Origin: Gammaproteobacteria bacterium
GTDB lineage: Bacteria; Pseudomonadota; Gammaproteobacteria; JACKNK01
Reading direction: 5' to 3'
NCBI GenBank assembly: GCA_049604295.1
Contig: JBMYTL010000004.1
Location: 9,952-73,951 of the forward strand
DNA length: 64,000 bases
A program made the translations under genes and the position numbers. The notes under the pieces were generated by a model. That model was not told the DNA's origin and ran no database searches. It worked only from the letters and a program-made list of their open reading frames with translations. How positions within the stretch are numbered: position 1 is the first letter of the stretch; every line of letters begins with the position of its first letter. Below, in pieces: positions 61,048 through 64,000 of the stretch.

Positions 61048-62724
61048 ATGATACGTGGGAAACGGGCACCCAGCGGAGACCGGATCGTGACCACGGGCAA
61101 ACCAGTCGCCCAGGGCGAAAAGACCCCGGGGGTTGAAGTCGAACTCGACCTGGGCGAGCTCGCCTCGCTGGTGGCGCGGCTGCGTGAAGGCGCCGAGCGC
61201 GATCGGGAGGATACCTTTCCCCACCCGACGGGTGAAACGCGGGTGATCGAAACCCACATTTCCCATGTCCTGCTCACCGGCGCGTTCGCCTACAAGTTCA
61301 AAAAGCCCGTGGACTTCGGCTTTCTGGACTTCTCAACCGCCGCCAGGCGGGCACATTTCTGTGCGGAGGAAATCCGCCTCAACGGAAGAACCGCACCCGA
61401 AATCTACGTCGACGTGGCGCGGGTCACCGGCAGCCGGAAAGCCCCGAGGATCGATGGAACCGGCCCCGTGCTCGCCCATGCCGTCCGCATGCGCCGCTTC
61501 GATGATGCTGCGTTGCTGGATCGTATGCTGGAGAAGAACGCCCTGCGCGACAGCCACGCCCAGGCCATGGCCGAAGCCGTCGCCCGCATGCATGAGCACG
61601 CGGACCGGAACGCTGTGGATTCCGTTTACGGAACCCCCGAATCGGTCTGGCACCCGGTGGAGCGCAATTTCGAAGTGCTCGATGGCTTGACCTCCCTGAA
61701 CGCGCTTAAGCCCCGTTTGGCGGAGCTTCGCGCGGGATCCGGGGCGCTGCACACGCGCCTGGAAGAGTTCTTTGTCCAGCGCAGGAGCCAGGGCTTCGTG
61801 CGCGAGTGCCACGGCGATCTGCACCTTGGAAACATAGCCTGGATCAAAGAGCATGCGGTGCCCTTCGACGCCATCGAGTTCAACCCCGACCTGAGGTGGA
61901 TCGATGTCATGTCCGATGCGTCATTCACGACCATGGACCTGGAGGCACGCGACCATCGCGGACTGGCCGCCGCGTTCATCAGCCATTATCTGGACCAGAC
62001 GCAGGACTACGGGGGAACACCCGCGTTGCGCTACTACCAGGCCTATCGCGCCATGGTCCGTGCCAAGGTGACCGGCCTGCGCCTGGAGCAGGATGGGGAC
62101 GGCGACCGGCATACACCGGAAATCATTCACTACCTCGACCTCGCCGCCCGCTACCTCGACCTCGCCGCCCGCTACCTCGGCCTCGACGGGCCGGGTCACA
62201 CGCGCCCCGAACTGTTCATCACGCGCGGTCTCTCCGGCTGCGGAAAATCCACCCTCGCCCACCAGGTCACGCTGCTGCGAGGCGCCGTGCGCATCCGCTC
62301 CGACCGGGTGCGTCGCAGCTTGAGCGAGGGCGCCCACGGATACGCTGCGGACGCGCGGCAGCGTGTGTACGAGACCCTGGCCCGGCATGCACGGACCGCA
62401 CTGAAGTCGGGCCTATCGGTAATCGTTGACGCGACATTCCTTACCAGGAAACAAAGGGCTCCGTTCCAGGCACTCGCCCGCGAACTGAACCTGCCCTGGC
62501 GGATTCTCGATATCCAGGCCCCGACTCAGGTGCTGAAACAGCGTATCGCCGAACGCCTGGACCGGGGGGACGATCCGTCAGAGGCCTACCCCGAGTTGGT
62601 CGACAAACAATCGCGGGAGTTGGAACCACTATCCTCCAGCGAACGCCATCATTGCTGGGCCCTCGATTCCTCGGATCCCGCCGCCGCCACCGACACACTG
62701 ACGGGGCGGCTGAACAGCAACTGA
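61048..62724 (+). CDS. bifunctional aminoglycoside-phosphotransferase-like / P-loop ATP-binding protein
   Basis: N-terminal APH/protein-kinase-like fold (ETHISHVLLTGAFAYKFKKPV, HGDLHLGN, IEFNPD) and a C-terminal P-loop kinase (ITRGLSGCGKSTLA). Start is uncertain; it may be a GTG slightly downstream. Confidence 0.6.
   Translation: MIRGKRAPSGDRIVTTGKPVAQGEKTPGVEVELDLGELASLVARLREGAERDREDTFPHPTGETRVIETHISHVLLTGAFAYKFKKPVDFGFLDFSTAARRAHFCAEEIRLNGRTAPEIYVDVARVTGSRKAPRIDGTGPVLAHAVRMRRFDDAALLDRMLEKNALRDSHAQAMAEAVARMHEHADRNAVDSVYGTPESVWHPVERNFEVLDGLTSLNALKPRLAELRAGSGALHTRLEEFFVQRRSQGFVRECHGDLHLGNIAWIKEHAVPFDAIEFNPDLRWIDVMSDASFTTMDLEARDHRGLAAAFISHYLDQTQDYGGTPALRYYQAYRAMVRAKVTGLRLEQDGDGDRHTPEIIHYLDLAARYLDLAARYLGLDGPGHTRPELFITRGLSGCGKSTLAHQVTLLRGAVRIRSDRVRRSLSEGAHGYAADARQRVYETLARHARTALKSGLSVIVDATFLTRKQRAPFQALARELNLPWRILDIQAPTQVLKQRIAERLDRGDDPSEAYPELVDKQSRELEPLSSSERHHCWALDSSDPAAATDTLTGRLNSN
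62130..62187 (+). repeat. in-frame 21-bp tandem duplication (2 full copies plus a degenerate third) inside the APH/P-loop gene
   Basis: ctacctcgacctcgccgcccg at 62130-62150 repeats at 62151-62171, and 62172-62187 is a near-copy. It encodes YLDLAAR-YLDLAAR-YLGLDG. Confidence 0.85.
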
Positions 62725-62745
62725 ACGCACCGCCGGGGGCGCGTC

Positions 62746-62793
62746 CATTCCGCCGCCCATTCCGCCGCCCATTCCGCCGCCCATTCCGCCGCC
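62746..62793. repeat. intergenic tandem repeat, 4 x 12 bp (CATTCCGCCGCC)
   Basis: Read directly. Lies between the stop of the APH/P-loop gene and the Sel1/SH3b gene. Confidence 0.9.
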
Positions 62794-62852
62794 AAGAGGC
62801 GCGCCTGTGCTAAGGTTCCGCCCCCCCAGGAAGCCGTCTTCAAGCACGTGCA

Positions 62853-63764
62853 ATGGCCTCCAAGCAAGACAACCACAAACAGGCTGACCTTCCCGTAATC
62901 GCCCGCCGCCGCAGAATCATCGGCCCGAGGCACGGGCTGGCGTTGGCCCTGTTCTGGGCACTGAGCGGATCCACGATGTCGTGGCTGCTTGTCCCGCCAG
63001 CCCAGGCGCAGGCCCAACCGGAGGGGTACCCGCGCGGATACGTCCGCTACCCGGGCACAGCGGACAGTGCCCGACGCGGTCCCGCAACCAATGCAGCCGT
63101 TAGCTCCGGTCAGAGTGTCCCGCCCTCTTCCCCCCAACCGCCTGCCATCCCGAGCATCAGTGCCGAGGACGCAGCCGCGGCCATGACCCGTGGCGACTAC
63201 GCCATCGCCTACTGCCACTACCACCCCCTTGCCCGACAGGGCAATGCCGAGGCCCAATACAACCTGGGTTGGATGTACGCCAACGGGTACGGCCTCGCCA
63301 AGGATGAGACCAAGGCCCTGATCTGGTGGCGAAAGGCGGCGCGCCAGAATCATTCCGATGCGGTCGTCGCGGTCGCCATGGCGTACCTGCATGGCGATGG
63401 CACGAAGAAAGACAAGGGTGAGGCACTGAAATGGTTGGTGGAGGCCGCCGAGCACGGGGTCGAGGACGCCATGGAGATCATCCTCACATTGGTCGCCCAG
63501 AACACCCCGGAGGCCATGGCGGTCATGGCCCGACTCATCAGGGAAGACTCCGCACTTCTTCAGCAGCGCTACAGAATCAAGGTTCCCCGGGCCAACGTGC
63601 GCAAGGGCCCCGATAAGAGTCACGCCCTGATCACCACCCTGAAAGAGGGTGACCCCCTGGTGGGACTCGGTGCCGAAGGAAATTGGGTGCGCGTGGGTCT
63701 GCCAGGCGACGGCCAGGTGGGCTGGATCTACAAGACCCTGTTGGAGTCGGTGGGCGAACGGTGA
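62853..63764 (+). CDS. Sel1-repeat + bacterial SH3 (SH3b) domain protein
   Basis: Sel1 repeats (AEAQYNLGWMYANGYGLAKDETKALIWWRKAARQNH) and a C-terminal SH3b domain (ANVRKGPDKSHALITTLKEGDPLVGLGAEGNWVRVGLPGDGQVGWIYKTLL). The opposite-strand 324-aa ORF is an artefact. Confidence 0.65.
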   Translation: MASKQDNHKQADLPVIARRRRIIGPRHGLALALFWALSGSTMSWLLVPPAQAQAQPEGYPRGYVRYPGTADSARRGPATNAAVSSGQSVPPSSPQPPAIPSISAEDAAAAMTRGDYAIAYCHYHPLARQGNAEAQYNLGWMYANGYGLAKDETKALIWWRKAARQNHSDAVVAVAMAYLHGDGTKKDKGEALKWLVEAAEHGVEDAMEIILTLVAQNTPEAMAVMARLIREDSALLQQRYRIKVPRANVRKGPDKSHALITTLKEGDPLVGLGAEGNWVRVGLPGDGQVGWIYKTLLESVGER

Positions 63765-64000
63765 GCACCGACTACGCCCGAGGCGTGCTGGAGGCCCGCG
63801 ATCGCATCGGCAACCTGCTCCACCGAACCCCCGTGATCACCAGCCGGTTGCTGGACGAGGCATGTGGCTGCTCCGTGGTCCTCAAATGCGAGAACCTGCA
63901 GCGCACCGGGTCATTCAAGGCACGCGGCGCGACCAACGCGGTGAGTCAATTGGCCGAGACCGGCGCCAGTTCGGCAGTTGCCACGCACTCCTCGGGAAAC
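63761..64000 (+). CDS. threonine dehydratase / serine-threonine ammonia-lyase (PLP enzyme), runs off the window end
   Basis: GTG start overlapping the previous stop (GTGA). HRTPVITSRLLDEACGCSVVLKCENLQRTGSFKARGA is the PLP-lysine motif of the threonine dehydratase family. Confidence 0.7.
   Translation, partial: MSTDYARGVLEARDRIGNLLHRTPVITSRLLDEACGCSVVLKCENLQRTGSFKARGATNAVSQLAETGASSAVATHSSGN

Noticed and set aside
62629-63623. Minus-strand ORFs including MGGGMGGGMGGG and EWAAEWAAEW repeats, and a 324-aa ORF
   Set aside because: They are generated by the 12-bp tandem repeat and by the antisense of the Sel1/SH3b gene, which has recognisable domains on the + strand.
1-64000. CRISPR arrays, tRNA/rRNA genes and mobile elements
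   Set aside because: Scanned all intergenic gaps over 80 bp by eye. No spaced direct repeats, no cloverleaf-like conserved tRNA features (GTTC...TTCGAATC-type arms) and no transposase, integrase or phage ORFs were recognisable. This is a manual scan only; tRNAscan/Infernal would be decisive.

Overview
This is a high-GC (about 65-70%) gammaproteobacterial chromosomal window, almost entirely core and housekeeping genes. The gene order resembles Pseudomonas and other gammaproteobacteria: leuC-leuD-leuB-asd-fimV-truA-trpFBA-accD-folC-dedD-cvpA-purF, then aspS-nudB, nnr-tsaE-amidase, prfC, rmuC and mrcB. No CRISPR array, tRNA or rRNA gene, transposase, integrase or phage gene could be recognised by eye.

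Notable content:
- A class I PHA locus (phaA, phaC, phasin) flanked by a divergent H-NS gene with an AT-rich promoter and a strong terminator, and by an unusual MerR-family regulator with a Cys-rich C-terminus.
- A Lys-rich histone-H1-like HhH protein, and a PPK2 with a similar K/A-rich N-terminal tail.
- A secreted CCXG/PEP-CTERM-like protein inserted between leuC and leuD.
- A small Cys-motif (DUF6455-like) ORF in an 870-bp intergenic region upstream of moeA.
- A FecCD-type ABC permease/ATPase pair with no binding protein in view.
- Best candidate for an undescribed system: a 1617-aa polytopic membrane protein directly downstream of prfC. It fuses a VanZ-like domain, two blocks of transmembrane helices and a large periplasmic alginate-lyase/heparinase-II/III-like domain. 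Beside it sit an acyltransferase-3 membrane protein, a GT-C (ArnT/PMT-like, GT83-type) glycosyltransferase and a UshA-like periplasmic nucleotidase. Together these look like a cell-envelope glycan or glycolipid modification module.

Many long ORFs on the opposite strand of real genes are high-GC antisense artefacts and were rejected. The ORF track prints M for GTG/TTG starts (verified for the ORF at 49785, which begins with GTG), so several starts were re-placed at internal ATG/GTG codons on the basis of N-terminal conservation, signal peptides and ribosome-binding sites.
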